64,000 bases of DNA, from assembly GCA_965153355.1 (NCBI GenBank), contig OZ231126.1:41912001-41976000 (forward strand), read 5' to 3'. Below the pieces are notes generated by a model that made no database searches, was not told where the DNA came from, and saw only the letters and a program-made list of their open reading frames with translations. Shown here piece after piece: positions 46,431-61,415 of the stretch. Position numbers and translations under genes: made by a program. Numbering within the stretch: position 1 is the stretch's first letter; the number at the start of each line of letters is the position of its first letter. The stretch is from Flaccisagitta enflata (lineage: Eukaryota).

Positions 46431-48430
46431 CTCGGTCGCCACATGAAGTGGAGGCCAAGTGTCTGAAAGAGCCCCTGAAAGTATCCAGAAACTATCTAGA
46501 TTTTTTTCGCTAGTATCTAGATAAGTATCCAGATAATATTTTTTTAAAGAATTCAATGTTTATACTGTTATCTGGTAAAAAAGAAAGACAACCAGGCGAT
46601 GTCCCATAAAAGATTGACTTATGTAGAGGAGTTGCAATGAGTCATTGGGCCAAAGGGGTATGACGCTTTTTGGGCAGCAGCTCCGAAGGGGATGAAGTCC
46701 TGTAGAACACAGGGGGAATCTGTCCGTCCGTCCGTCCGTACGTCCGTACGTTCGTCCGTCTGTCCCCCCCCCTGCCCCAACCTCAGGGTTTCGTCTCCTT
46801 TGGGGCCAAAATCCAAACTGTATGGCCCAAATCCAAGCAAAATGGCCTGAATCCAGCTAAAATGGGCCAAATCCAGGCAAAATGGGCCAAATCCAGGCAA
46901 AATGGCCCGAAACCAAGCAAAATGGGCAAAATCTGGCTAGAAAAACTGAATTCTGGCCTGAGTTCTATCATTTTGGCCCCTTAAACTTAGATTCTGGCTC
47001 CTATAACCCTCAACCTAACCATAGACACCCAGATCCTGACCTTTGGGACCCAGATTCTGACCTCCAAGACCTAGGTTCTGGCCTTAAAGTGAAATCCTAG
47101 CCTCAGAGGCTCAAATCCTGGCCTCAGAAACTAAATTCCTTGCCTCTGAGACCAAGAAATTGGTCTCTTAGACCCAAATTCTGGTCTCAGAGACCCAGAT
47201 CCTGGCCTGCTCCTCCCTCAATATAACTCACAAACCATAAAATAAGGGCAAGGGTACCATTATCCATATACTGCCTTTTGTCATTTCTCCATGGTATTCA
47301 ATGAAAATTTGAATAACAGGGCATCCTGGACAGAAGGAAGGCAGACAGAAGGACGGACGGACGGACGGACAGATTCCCCCTGTGTTCTACAGGACTTCGT
47401 CCCCTTCGGGGCCGCTGCCCTGCTCCCTCTCAACCTAAATCACTTTCTACTCAAGCAGGGCACGGGTACCGCTGACCACTTACTGCCTTTGGGCTGCTAT
47501 TATCTATAATCTATAACCTAGCTCCGAAGCTCATAGCTGAACAATGCTGAGAGGGTTTGAGCAAAGACATTTAATACTTATTGAATCAGACTGGCTTGTT
47601 ACAGCAGGGATAAACAACAGATTTGTTAAGGTTTATAGTCTCATTGCTATTTTGCTCGTAGCCACTACCCTCATATCCCCCCCCCCCCAAAAAAAAAATA
47701 TGCAGGAAGTATTTCGGCCCCCAGCACCTGATATCTTAAAATGAGGTAGATGGCGACCAGATTTAAAATTGACCACACAGCCATAAAAATTAGCATATCG
47801 TGATTTACAAAGCCGGTCCCTATGGGCACCACTTGATTTGTCACAATGAGGGTGAGTGTGGTAGAGAAATTATGACCACAAAAACATCAAATAGTGAAGT
47901 GTGATGGACGGACTGAAAGTGATGGATGGACCAACAGAGAGACTAACGGATAGGCCGATGGATGGACCAACAAATTTGAGTGTAGGGTTGCAGAGCATGC
48001 AACTAAAAATAGGGTGAGGTGAGAATTGAGAAATATCTCTCTAGCTATTAAAGGAAAAGGAGCCATTCCATAGGTAGACCCACCAATATAAACTGCAAAT
48101 ACAGTGAAATTGATTTGGATTTGGGTAAAGGTTGCATTTCCCCCGCCTATTTTTGAAACCCAGTTAAATTGCTGAAAAATGGCAGAAATTACAAAATATC
48201 ACTATTTTCATCATATTTTTTGTTTCATATAAGCTAAAGAAAGTTGTTAAAATGTTTCAATGAACGACTTGATGCCACTATTTTAGGTATCCAGATTTGA
48301 ACTGAAGTATCCAGATTTTTTCTGAAAAGTATCTAGATTAGTATCCAGTATCTAGATAGCTTTTTTAATATCTAAACACCCACAAAAAGTATCCAGATCT
48401 GGATACTAAGTATCTAGTGTGGCGACCGAG
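46431..48430. mobile_element. 2.0-kb non-autonomous TIR element (possibly hAT/P-like) inserted in a (TATC)n microsatellite
   Basis: 13-bp TIR CTCGGTCGCCACA / TGTGGCGACCGAG and repeated subterminal AGTATC(C/T)AGAT motifs. Absent from the matching (GATA)n site at ~3391-3439. TSD is compatible with 8 bp (TATCTATC) but ambiguous inside the repeat. Confidence 0.75.
46660..47500. mobile_element. Helentron-associated (HINE/DINE-1-like) composite element nested in the 2-kb TIR element
   Basis: (GTCC)n microsatellite, GGGGCCGCTGCCC and GGTACCGCTGACCA motifs, and a 20-bp internal minisatellite. Its 3' part is the reverse complement of 28058-28430. Confidence 0.6.
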
Positions 48431-49833
48431 TATCTATCTATCTATCTATCTAGCTAGCTAGCTATCTTTATATCTCTCTAATATAACTCAATCTGTCTTT
48501 CAATGTTCTTCTTGCTTTCTATTTCTCTCCCTCTCTTTTTTACTTTGTTCATTCAGTTGTTCATTCATTCATTCATTCATTCATTCATTCATTCATTCAT
48601 TCATTCATTCATTCATTCATTCAATCATTCAGTCATTCATTCATTCATTCATTCATTCATTCATTCATTCATTGATTCATTCATTCATTCTTTCATTCAA
48701 TCTTTCTGCTTCTCTCCCATTTCGATTAAATATATTTGCTTCGTCCATTGGACATCGGAAGAATACCGCAGGATGCAAATGAGATTGTCAATCTAGGGGA
48801 TGCAGTAAGAGTCTTTTCCTTCCTCTTTGACCTTCAACTCTGACCTGCCTGTCAGCATGTGTCATCGCATTTTCCACGGCCATTCTATCTATTTTCCTTG
48901 TTGAACGACGAAATTTCTTTTCCTCTGTTTCTATCCTGACGAGAATATTCCTCTTTCTTTATGAGCACAAAGTGTGGATTCCATTTTGTCTGTTGAAACA
49001 TATCTCGTTCTGGCAGTCAACTGACACTCTGAACCTTACTTAGTCGTATGCACGCAACTGTATTCCCCACTTTATTGGTGTGTTGGTCCTTCGGTTGCTA
49101 CCGATGGCCCAAACTTTCACTCATTGCAATTGTATTGACCATGGAAAATTGCCGCAGTAGTCTTTCCCATCACTGCCCCTTCCCACTCGCACGTGCACGC
49201 GACTAGGGTGGCAGCGTATTATTTACACCTGCGCGCGAGAGTCTTGAGACGTGATTCGTATTTCCTGATTCTTTAATATAAGCCTGGGGGAAATTGAGTA
49301 CTACTGGGTAGATCCATAGATGGGCTTAGATCCTTTTAACGTTTTCTTGATCCTTGCACCACTTGATGAAGAAAGATCCCCCCCCCCCCGAGAAACTTTA
49401 GGACCGACACCCCCTAAAATGCAAAAGAAAAAAAAAAAAAAAGAATGAACAAAATGGTTTTGCATCAAATAGTGCGCATCATCAAAACATTTAGGACCGT
49501 TGCCCTCGCCGGACACAACTTTATCAAATGCTTAAATACAATAAAAGATGTACAAAAAGGTTCTGCATCAAATGGTGCACATCGCCAAGAAATTTAGAAC
49601 CGTTGCCCTCTTAAATACAATAAAAGATGTACAAAAAGGTTGTGCATCGAAGGGTGCACATCACCACGGAATATGATAAATCTGAGCACATAACGTCAAA
49701 AGCCCCCGAGCTGTTATATATTGGAAAAACTGATAGCCGTAATAAAACTAAGCAAGCGAGTCCCCTTTGTTGTCGAATCGGCTGTCTTTACGGCCTAGAA
49801 GATCAAGGAACGTGATAAATCACTGAGTAACGC

Positions 49834-49924
<91 letters not shown>

Positions 49925-51346
49925 ACAAATCGTAGGATTTCATGAAAGCATGCCCAACATGCAAATGTGCCTATGAATGGTGTATGCATCCAAGTGAGAC
50001 GTAATTATCAATTTTGTTTGTTAATAGTAAAGGATAGTTGTGAGCAATCCGGAGTAAACGCCATTGAAAGTAAAATTCTGGCCTCCTTTTTGTAATGGCA
50101 ATGTTGTTTCAACTTTCATAATTATAAGTTTCACAACTTCATGTCCCTTTCTTACTGTGGAGTATAGACTAGAAAGTCACTAGACATACTGTAGACTGTA
50201 GACTACTGTATACGAACAGTTCAGTAGTCAGTACACGAATTTCGTTCTGCCGTCATCAGTCTTGAAGCTTCTTTTGTCTTTCCAATCCTCTGATGTATTT
50301 GTTGTCAGCTAACAGTCTCTCCGTTTCCTTGGTCCTCACAGACCGATTTGTATTCCGGTTACACCTCAACGGGCTCTAACGTTAACGCAAGTTGTTTTTT
50401 TTTCTATTTCTCTTTATGCTGTACTAGAAATCATGATATATACTACTAACGCTCGTGGACGTGAGAGGCTGAAAGATGTTTGATGGCTCACATCGTAGAG
50501 TGAGGAGAATGGACTTTTTTTTTATCTCGAGGTCAAAATCATGAGAGAGGGTCGATCGGTCCGTAACACATATGTTTATGCAAAAACAGGAGACACAGAT
50601 TAATACAGTGTATATATATATATAGTGTATACAACTTCAACAATACCTTTCACGAATATTGGTAAATAAGCAATAAATGTTTGTCCCTTTATAAACCTTT
50701 TCTCACAAAAGTCCCGTCACATTTTCAATTTTGTATTTGTCATTCAATCTTTCTCATTCCTTCCTTGAAGTTCATTCGTTAACTAACTTCAGCGTATATG
50801 CAATCACCAATGACATCACTCATCCACTCTACTGGTTTCCCCTTTCCCCAAAGAGTTATCCCATCAAGATTTATTTTTCTCTCATTTTTCCTTCGTCTTT
50901 CCCAAGGTGATCATTTATTCTGGTATCCATCTCTTTTTTTCTTTTTTTTTTTTCATTAGTGTCTTTTTCCATATTCCCGCGTCCTCGAGTTTGTACGTGA
51001 CATTTAGCATTAACCTTACACTCATGGCAACATCTTTCCTCGTGGATCTTTTCTTATCGTCCTTGACTTTTTTTGCAGGAAACTTGTAAGGCTCTTGACT
51101 TTTTAGTTGGTGCTCGCCATTTTTCATTGATTCCGATTCTGTCACATCTGCGTTATATCTAAGGATAGTGGTAAACGCAGTAAACCCCAGTAAGAGCTCC
51201 TAAGGCTCTTGTCCTTATTGTAATATTTTGGTTGCGGTGTAATGTTGTCCTACTCATATACTTTTAATGTTTTATTCATGAATGCTGCCTTGATTCTGTT
51301 GGAAGGCCCTAATTGTTGGACTGAGAAGCCTGTTGAACTTAAGAGA

Positions 51347-51566
51347 ACAAGGCCGGATACACGGCCAATCAGTAGTCGCTGCTGGTGGGCAGGGGCAGTA
51401 ATGCGAGTGGGCAGGGGCAGTATGTGGGTGGGCGGGGGCTGTATTGAGGCCAGGTAGGAGCTGTGATGGTCAGAAATCCGTTTTTCAGCCGATTTCGCAT
51501 CATCCAAATTTTCGCGTTCCGGAAAGACAGAGCCTCTTATAGAGTCGCTTAAGCAGTGACTAAAAA
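51347..51566 (-). mobile_element. Short HINE-like element
   Basis: AACAAGGCCGGATACACGGC start, GTGGGCAGGGGCAGT repeats, and hairpin AGTCGCTTAAGCAGTGACT before an A-run. Confidence 0.55.
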
Positions 51567-53892
51567 CATTTTATATTAGAAGATATGATAAAGAGGTATT
51601 CATAAATAATATGAGAAAACATCATGAATCATGCATCATCCGTCCATCTATCTTGCTATTTTTGAAAAGTTATGTGACAAAAAAGAGTTGTGGCAAAACA
51701 ACAAAAATGGTATCATTGCTATTAGACTTAGATATTCGCTGTCGGACTTAATATTAGTGCTGGGCGCTGAAGGCCTAAGGCAGTTTGCACCTCTTCATCC
51801 ATGTTAACGCACGCTCACCACATTTATATGTATTTGTGTACTGGAATCAAATCCACGGTTTTTGGTCTGAAGTCAATTTAGTCGGTGATTGTTCGCTCAA
51901 TTTGTAGTAAGGGCATTCTTCTAAGGATAAAACGTTTCCCTTATAGTTGAGTGTAGACTGATAGTGCTTAGGAGTCATATCAAGTCGATGTGCATTTGAG
52001 CTTGAATGAGAATGAGGCAAGACTGTGGTGTGAAGGTAAAAAAGTACAAAATTCTTTTCATGTGCATCTTCCCACATCTATAAGAGTTCATGTCTGTCCA
52101 TTGGTCCGTTGGTTGGTTGGTCTATCAGTCTGTTGGTCTATCGCATTTGTTAAAATCATGCATGCTGATTACGGGTTCTTTCATTCTGTCACCTCTCTTG
52201 CCTCCCCACATTCACTTTCACTCTGTCGTTCATTCATTCATTCATTCACTCATTCATTCATTCATTCATTCATTCATTCATTCATTCATTCATTCAGTCA
52301 TTCATTCATTCATTCATTCATTCATTCATTCATTCATTCATTCATTCATTCATTCATTCACTTGTTGTTATTCAACGAGGCGCGCATATTTGCCATAATC
52401 TGATCTCTATTTTGATTGCGCTAGTGTCAAAGTGTTTTCGATTCTGTCAGTTTGAACGGAAAACACAAAAAAGAGAAAGAAAAAAATCTGACCACGAATA
52501 TCATCTTCTTTTCTATATCTGCGGTATGCGACATTCACAGACTTCAGTTTAAACAACGTGGACCGACTAAGATTCATTCTAATACGTCATATGGTGAGCG
52601 TGAACGTATACTGCTTAAAGCGAGGAATCGCTCATGTTAGATGATGAGTTTAAGAAGCAAGTGAAAATGAGCCAAGCGACGCAGAAAACTTTCCCTCCCC
52701 AAAACGTTAGATTTTCATTATGGCAGCCGGTTTTATGTAATGATTCTTCGTTAGGGCGCCCATTTGTAATGACTCCTTGATGACTAACTCACTCAGACTA
52801 ACCCGCAAGCGTCGGTTCCTTCTTAAAGTCGCGTGCTATGCGATGCGAATCTATGACCTAACTCTAACGTTTCAGTCCGTCTTTCGGTCCATCGGTCCGT
52901 CGCGTCGGTTTCTCGGTCACATTTGTTGATTAAGTGCGTATTTTTTTTTTGCATCGTCGCTCTTGCCAAACGGCATGAGTAGTCTCCCACATCACTCCCC
53001 CTGCCCACCCGCACGTGACTACCATTATGTACTCGACATTGTTCAGTTCACATCCTACCCTCATGCTCCTGCGAGTTTTTATCGCGAAAAACGTTAAAGT
53101 CAGTCTTCGACTTTTTGACATATTCCAGAGAAACATGGTTTTCATTTTCTTATGGGAAAGTTGTGCACTAGATCGACCGATTGTGGCCTCCGATGTTTGT
53201 ATATCTCGCATCATTTTTGAAAGCGCCTCGTCCCATGTTGTAGGCTTGGTGTGAAATGTATTTAGGGATACAACGTAATTTTGGATGCATCACGGGATAC
53301 AACCTAATTTTGAATCCATAATACCGAAGAACACGCAACCTCCAATAGTAAAATTTGAGGAAAAATTGATAAAATGAGAGAAACAAAAGATAAAAGAAGG
53401 GATTAAGGAGAAATAACCAGTGCCAAAAAAAAGCATGGAAAAAAGCCACTAAATAAGAAGCGGGAATTTTCGCGTTGTATACTGGCCCATGATTCGTGTG
53501 TTGGCCTGGCCCCTGACTGTCGATGATCAATGACGTGATTAGGAGTTGAATCGTTTTCCATTTTTATGAAATTCTGGCCAATGGGAGGCAACCTACCATT
53601 TAATTCTTGACAGGCGGGAAAAAGTATCATTCATCATCTTGCAAGATTAGGCTGGCAATTTTTGGCTTGTCATATTGAAGCGAAGGAAATTAAGCGTTAC
53701 ATCTGTGACTGTGAAGTGTGAAGTGTTACAGCAGTCAGGGAAAGGAAATTCTGGTTTGGCAGTTAGTTGGCATGTCTGCAATTGTTTTTTGTTTGTTCGA
53801 AAGATTTCATGTAACCGTCTTCACCCTTGTCTGGCTGTTTCTCTCTCTGTCTCTCTGTGTCTCTCTGTGTGTCTCTCTCTGTGTCTCTCTCT

Positions 53893-53929
<37 letters not shown>

Positions 53930-55585
53930 GAAGAGAAATCAAAGAGGGAATCCCCGATGTAAATAGCAACGTTAGCCCTTTATGAACAACGATCTACTTG
54001 CAGGTTGCAACATGAATAGCATACTCATTTGCATATTGACGTAATTACCGAGTTTGAAAAATCAATGCGGAAGAATTCAAAGAAATACCCACTAATGACA
54101 TATGATAAATAAACTGGTTAACAGTTGTTATTTGGTATCCTATTGATGATTAGAATATGTGAGGTGATGCAATTGATGATATTACTAGTGAGGGTTTGAA
54201 AAGGACGAAGGTCTATCATTGATTTTTTAAAATCCAAAAAATGATCAACGTTTTTTTCTATTCTCCACGTCTATCGCGATGCTCTTTTTGTATCACGTTT
54301 TCTCGTTCTATGTTTGGAAGCCTCGCCCCTGGTTGGAGGCTTAATGCGAAATTTAGCTGCGGAATATCTGTTTAAGAACATATCGCCATTTTAATTACAT
54401 TTAATGCCGGGGAAAGCTTATAACACCTGTTTAACAATTATTGTCCCAAAATCAAACAACTGTCAGATCTAAGTGGTGACACTTAGCAACGTGCGGATTT
54501 TTTCTTCTGTTAGAGCTTGAAAAAATCTTCCTTTTGCTCATGAATTTTACCCAGATTGCTTCAGACAAAATCATTCAGGATCAAGAACAGTAAAAACATT
54601 ACCCATGCAAATCACTGCAATATTACCGGAAAACCACACCAACTTGAGATGCTTGGCAAATCTACATAGATAAAGATAATCAGATGCGGATTTCACGACT
54701 AAACAGCTTACGAGCAGATCTTTGATTTGCCCATGGATTTTAATTGATTCCTCAAAGGGCAACCCCCTCAAAATTCAGACCAAAGTTATGAAAAAAACGA
54801 TGCCTCTGTGTTGTTGGCTGGTCGTCAAGAGGTGATTTAGTCGAAAATAAGCATCCAAATTGGGGTTAAATGTAGAAAATAAAGTGGAATATACTGGAAA
54901 ACACTCAACTAATACCCAATTTCAGGGATTTTTATTATTTCTTACCAGTAGTTAAAAAATACATTCTTTTGAAACATTACCGTCTCAATAATTAGTAAAC
55001 AGGTGTTAATTTTAGCCTAGAAAATAAATACAATTGTTGTTAAAAAACCTGCAGCACGCTACCTTTAACTGCATCTGATAGATTTACCATTTACTGCTGC
55101 AAACATTGTGCGACGAACTACTGTAAGCAGCGAGGAAGAAATTATAAATAGCAATAGAGATATGTAAATTAAGTCTTTCTGAAAAAATAACACGGTGTCA
55201 CAATAACGTTGTGGACGGGTTGGTAGCTGACATAGTCCAACCCCCAGCCTCATCCCACCCCAACCTTCAACCTTACTTCCTCACACTCATACACATGCAC
55301 AATAGCAAATGCAGCATATTTAACGCGCGGTTTTCGCGTTTTTAAACTCGAGCGAGATGGATGGACCAACGGACCGACGGACGAACAAAGCCTCTCATAG
55401 AGTTGCGTGTACGCCACTGAAAAAAATGATTATACAAGTTATTTTCATGATAAGTCCGTGATCTGGCGGACAGTGGCGTGGTCCCTGACTGTCAACAGTT
55501 AAATGGTCTTTTTGCATTTTTTTCTAAACTGTTCAAAAGATTTCATGTCTGTAACTCTGCATATATCCGTCTCCGCCCTTGCCTC

Positions 55586-55637
<52 letters not shown>

Positions 55638-55960
55638 GCAGAAAGCATTTGAGGGCACACAATACTTATTACCCGCTGTCTTTTCCATTCGTTTCTGTCG
55701 TCTCGGTTGAGCCGGTTTTTGATCGTTTTTTTGCACAAAAATTGACGGAAGAACGAAATTACATTTTGCTGTTGTGATTTCCAAATTCTATAGTACTCTC
55801 TACAAGTTATCATAGTAGTTCGTTGCAATTGGTTTTTGCTGGGATTTTACAACTCGAACTCCGACAGAATCGCGCAAGTGTTGTGACTTTATGCGTGTTT
55901 TTGTGGTTGTGTGTTAGTGTGTGTCTTGGTGTGAGTGTGCATGTTCATGTATGTATGTGT

Positions 55961-56087
<127 letters not shown>

Positions 56088-56818
56088 CAAAGCCCCCTTC
56101 AAATATATATTCCTCTATTCTTTTCATCTCAAAGCCTTTCTTCGCGTCTTTCACACCTTTTTTAAAAGCGGCTCTTCCTCCATTTTCAGCTTTCTCAGTC
56201 TTTTTTAGTCTCTTTTAAGCCCAGCTTTATGGATATCACTTTTCTGGGCGGCGGCCCCGTGATGCAGGTCCTGTTGACGTGAAGCTATCGCCCAAACACC
56301 TCTATGACCGGACGCGTCTGTCCGCCCGTCTGTCCGCCGGTGGGTCGGTCCATTACGCAAACGTTTTACGATTCACCGAGCACGTCTATTGGCCTACTTG
56401 CTTTGCCATGTTTAATTGTATGATTCAAAATTGAGTCGTCACTGTATTACCCGTATTGGTGCCGCAATGTCACATATTGCATGACTGCTTTGATATGATT
56501 AAGCCAATGTATGATGAGTCTAACACCTCTGTAAGCTAAGAAGCTACTATTTGCGATCCTTCTAAGCAACGAGGTCATGTCTGACCACCGACCGACAAGC
56601 TGCAGTTACCGCGCTCCTGATTCTCACTTCATGATTCCTTCTTTGCCTACAAAAGCAAAAGAGTTTTCCTCCTGAAAGCTTAATCTAAACTTCCTCTTCA
56701 ACGAATTGGAAAAAAAAAAAGAAAAACGAAAGAGGAGAAACACTATATATATTCTATGCACTTAATTTCAGCCTCAGGGCTCAGGCCTCTGTGCCAGGCT
56801 TTATTCGTGCAGGCCTTA

Positions 56819-57077
56819 GGGCGTGTTTCTAGTGAAGATGAAAAACGCGTTTGTTCCCATGAAACGCGATAACAGTGTGAACACATATTCAAGAATTTCA
56901 ACTGTCCAACGAGGGAGTGAGCGAAGTGAGTGAGTGAGCCTGTGAATGGAGCGAGCGAGCAAAGCGAGCGTAGTGCTGCGGAGCAAGTGAGCGGAGTGGG
57001 CGGTGCGAGCGAACGAACGTAGCGAGCGACCGAGTGGCCCTTTCAAAACGCGATCGTCTTTGACTAGAAACGCCCCC
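56819..57077. mobile_element. PIF/Harbinger-like MITE
   Basis: TTA|GGGCGTGTTTCTAGTGAAGATGA ... TCGTCTTTGACTAGAAACGCCCCC|TTA: 3-bp TTA TSD, G-rich imperfect TIRs and internal GAGCGA repeats. Confidence 0.7.
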
Positions 57078-58002
57078 TTACTCGTAGAAGGGAAAACATT
57101 CACCATACATACACCCCTCGTAGTAACGCTTGGGGAGAAATGCTTGTTAGCCATCGGACCCCGTACAACTATGGAAAAAAGAAAAGCGGGGGTGGTGAGA
57201 AATCGATGAGAGGGGAAGGGGCATTTTCAGCCACCTCTTAACGCAAAAATAAAATTAAAAAAGAAAAAAGAAAAGAAAAAAGAGCATTGGCCTCCTCTGA
57301 AATTATGCAGGGTTTTCTTACATGAAGCTTACTCACGTTTATTTTTTGCGCTGCAGCCAGAATTTCACTTTTTTTTCTTTCTTCCCGGGTCATATGAAAT
57401 TTTCATTTTTTGATAGATTGATCTTTAAAATTACGCCTTTGTATAGATGAAATAGGGTAATAACCAAAAAGTAATCATTTTCTTTCTAGATTTTCATTGG
57501 AAAATACAGTCAAACCTTGCAAGAGCTCACTATGATATAAGGCGTGAAATATGATACTCACTATAATATAAGGCGTGAAATTTTTCAGTCCTTTTATACA
57601 GTTGAGCTTCACTAAAGTGCATTTCAGGGGACTGAATTATACCTTAAAGTGAAGCTGCCAATATAGAAATAACTTAAAAAAGCTCTCACAGAACAGTAGG
57701 TTGCATGCTTTATAGGCGGGCATGTCTTATCTTCGGGTGCGCTCTAGCAATGCTCCACTGTAGTTTTTTCTTTATTTGCAATAATAAAGCTTCACTACAA
57801 AGGGCATACTTTTGTGCCTGCGTCTCAACTTTCTACGCGCTTAGAACTCTGGCTTAAAACGGCCAACTTCCTTGAGAATGTTATATTTCCGTCTTATAAG
57901 TTTTAAATCTATTTGTGCATGAAAATAGAATAATAATATGAATATATCTTTCTTTCCCTTACTTTCTCCCTGTCCCTACTGATCTCTGTTTGTCTGTCTG
58001 TC

Positions 58003-58087
<85 letters not shown>

Positions 58088-58125
58088 TCCTCTCTCACCC
58101 TCTCCTCCCCAACATGGATACACAG

Positions 58126-58327
58126 TTGAAATGGCGGGAGCCGGAGCTGGATCACATAACGGACCAAGAGTTGCAGCACATTAATTGGGATTTGCTGTGG
58201 CAGCCGGAGATTCACATCGAGAACGTGCTAGGGGACAATCAGGGCACCGTTTGGCAACAAGGCATTCTCAACGAGGAAGGTCACTGCTGGATCGTCGAGA
58301 AAAGAAAAGTCAAGGGAGTTTTTGCCG
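58126..58327 (+). CDS. Exon D (202 bp) of the pLGIC gene: W-x-E-P, loop A (LWQPEIHIEN) and beta5-beta6 (GHCWIVEKRKVKGVFA)
   Basis: (CT)n tract then acAG|TTG at 58126; donor G|GTGAGT after 58327 (phase 1). WREPEL and WQPEIHIEN correspond to the conserved W-x-D-P-x-L and W-x-P-D-I-x-x-x-N motifs of pLGIC extracellular domains. Confidence 0.85.
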
Positions 58328-58370
58328 GTGAGTTTATGAATATTGAATCAGGCGGAGATGCCGCCGGGAG

Positions 58371-59141
<771 letters not shown>

Positions 59142-61415
59142 TGTACACAAATAACGCCCCTTTGACACACATAAAGAAACATTATCACCCTAAAACAGCG
59201 GGAAAAAAGCCGCAAGCATCGAGAAGATGCGATGACTTTTTCTGCGACCTTTTTCCATAACTGAGGAGGGCGAGGATGTGGTTTAGTTGGGAAGAACTAG
59301 GAGTCGAGAAAGAGTAGAAAAGAAGGGATGGTGACAGTGATAGTATGGAGTGATCTGCTTTTTAAGGAGTGTTATCAGCGATGCTTGTTATAAGCTTGAT
59401 TTTTTTCTACTATTCTAGGGAAAAGTCTCAAAGTAAAAAGTCGTCATATTTCGCCTGATAAGTTGCGATCATTCAGAATCTTTTAAAATTAACTAACGTG
59501 GGGGAGTGAGGTCGTTCTTTTCTGCAAAGCCTGAGCACCCCCGCGGATGACGGTTGACAAACAACGGACAAAGTAACACCAACCGACCGCCAACTGTGAC
59601 CGAAAGAACTGCTTCTATCAGCTTTTCTTTCTATTTCCTCTATCAAATTTCCATTTTTGCCTTATAAGCCGATTCGAGGTTTGTCTCGCTCATTTCTTTT
59701 ATTTCTTTTCTTTGTTTTTTCTCTTTTTTTTTTGTAAAATAGATTTGAGGGCAATCACCAACTTCCACCCCCTTTTAACATTTGACGCGCTTTTGGGCAC
59801 CGGGTTGGTAAGGAGGTGTGGAAAGTTGATATGGTCTCTGAACTCAAGAATTTTTTTGACAGTCTTTTACCTCTGCATCACCATAAAAAATCTTTGTCAG
59901 TTCATCCATCTGTCGATCCCTCTGTCGGTCACTTTACAAGCGTGTCCCTCCGTCGGTCCATCTTTCAATTGGTCTGCTCCTTCATTGCATTTCATTTCAT
60001 TGGTGTGTCCCCCCCTTCCCTCAGGCTCAGCTCCTTCCAGTCCGTTTGTTCATCCTTTTCTTGGTCTTTCTCTTACAACGCTCGAGTCGTAAATGGTAAC
60101 AACTAACAAGTGACGCGGGGTCACAATATCGTTGCGGACGGGTGGGCAGGGGCATGCAACCCCCATCCACACCTCAAAACCCACTCCACACACAAACATT
60201 CATAAAAAATATCAAAAACACTCATTTTTCCACTTTTCGACTCGATCACCCCTATGGACCGACGGACCGACGGACGGACAAAGCCTCCTATAAAGTTGCG
60301 TGTCCACAACTAGAAAAGAGAAATCGATAGTAAAACTATAATTACGATCAGACGTAAGTGGATGCATCGCGGTACCCAGAAGAGGTAGCCACTAACTCCG
60401 CCACATTTTATATCTCAGCTCCCATCCATCCATCCATCCATCCATCCATCCACCATGGCCTCTTTTAGGCTCTTTTGTAGAGACTCGCGTTCTCTCTGCT
60501 TATTTACTTCTGTGTCACTTAAGCGGCCGATGCTCCATTAGTAAAATGTCGAGAGTCTTCTTCTTTGAAATAAACGACAAACGATCGGCTGCCAAACCGC
60601 GGCGAAACGCAACGCACCGCACCGCAACAAACTGCGACCGAAGTGCAACAAGCAGAGCAACAACCGCGGTAAAAAGAAAAGTTATTTACCGAACAAAGCC
60701 GATATTACACGAAATACGAGCACTGGAACGCATCTTCATCACTCGGCTGAGGGTATTGGCATTCGGCAACAGGATGGCGGATGGACGTCATCTTTGAGAA
60801 CGATTGGAAATTCCTCATAATGGAAGAAAACGAATAGCCGGTGGATAAATGGACGGGTATACGGGTAAAGGCGTGACAGATGGACAAACACTCTCCGTCC
60901 TACAGTATCGCAGACCAAAAAAAAGAACACTCAAGAGAACGTTGAAAGGGGGGAGAAAAATGAGGTCGCGCAGGAGTCAAAATGTCACCCGACCGACAAC
61001 GGTTTTTTTCTTCTTCTTTTCCTACTTGACGAATTGATTTTGTAGACTGTCACGTTGGGGAAGGGGGGGGGGGCGTGTCGACATGGTAACGGTGTCGGAC
61101 TGTCGGTGAAGTGACGTTTGCAGTAGAACAAGAACTCCCTTTTCATCGCCTAAAAGGCGATGTTAATGTTTGACCTGTGGTTTAACCTACGGTGTGATAT
61201 AATAGTGCTTGACTCTCAGATCAAAATGGTCTGTTAAGCATATTTGCTCCATCGGAAGTAATCGACCCTGAGAGTGGGGGAAAGGGTATTGGGGGAATGG
61301 GGATCGACGCCTTTCATATACTTGCTCACCTCTTCAGAGCGAACTTCATTGAACAGAGCCGATTCTTTCACAAATTCGGTTGGTGAAAGACTGAATGTAA
61401 ACAAGGAAAGAAGTA

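Noticed and set aside
57507-57760. TA|CAGT...ACTG|TA candidate Tigger-like MITE
   Set aside because: The inverted match barely extends beyond 4-6 bp, too weak to call.
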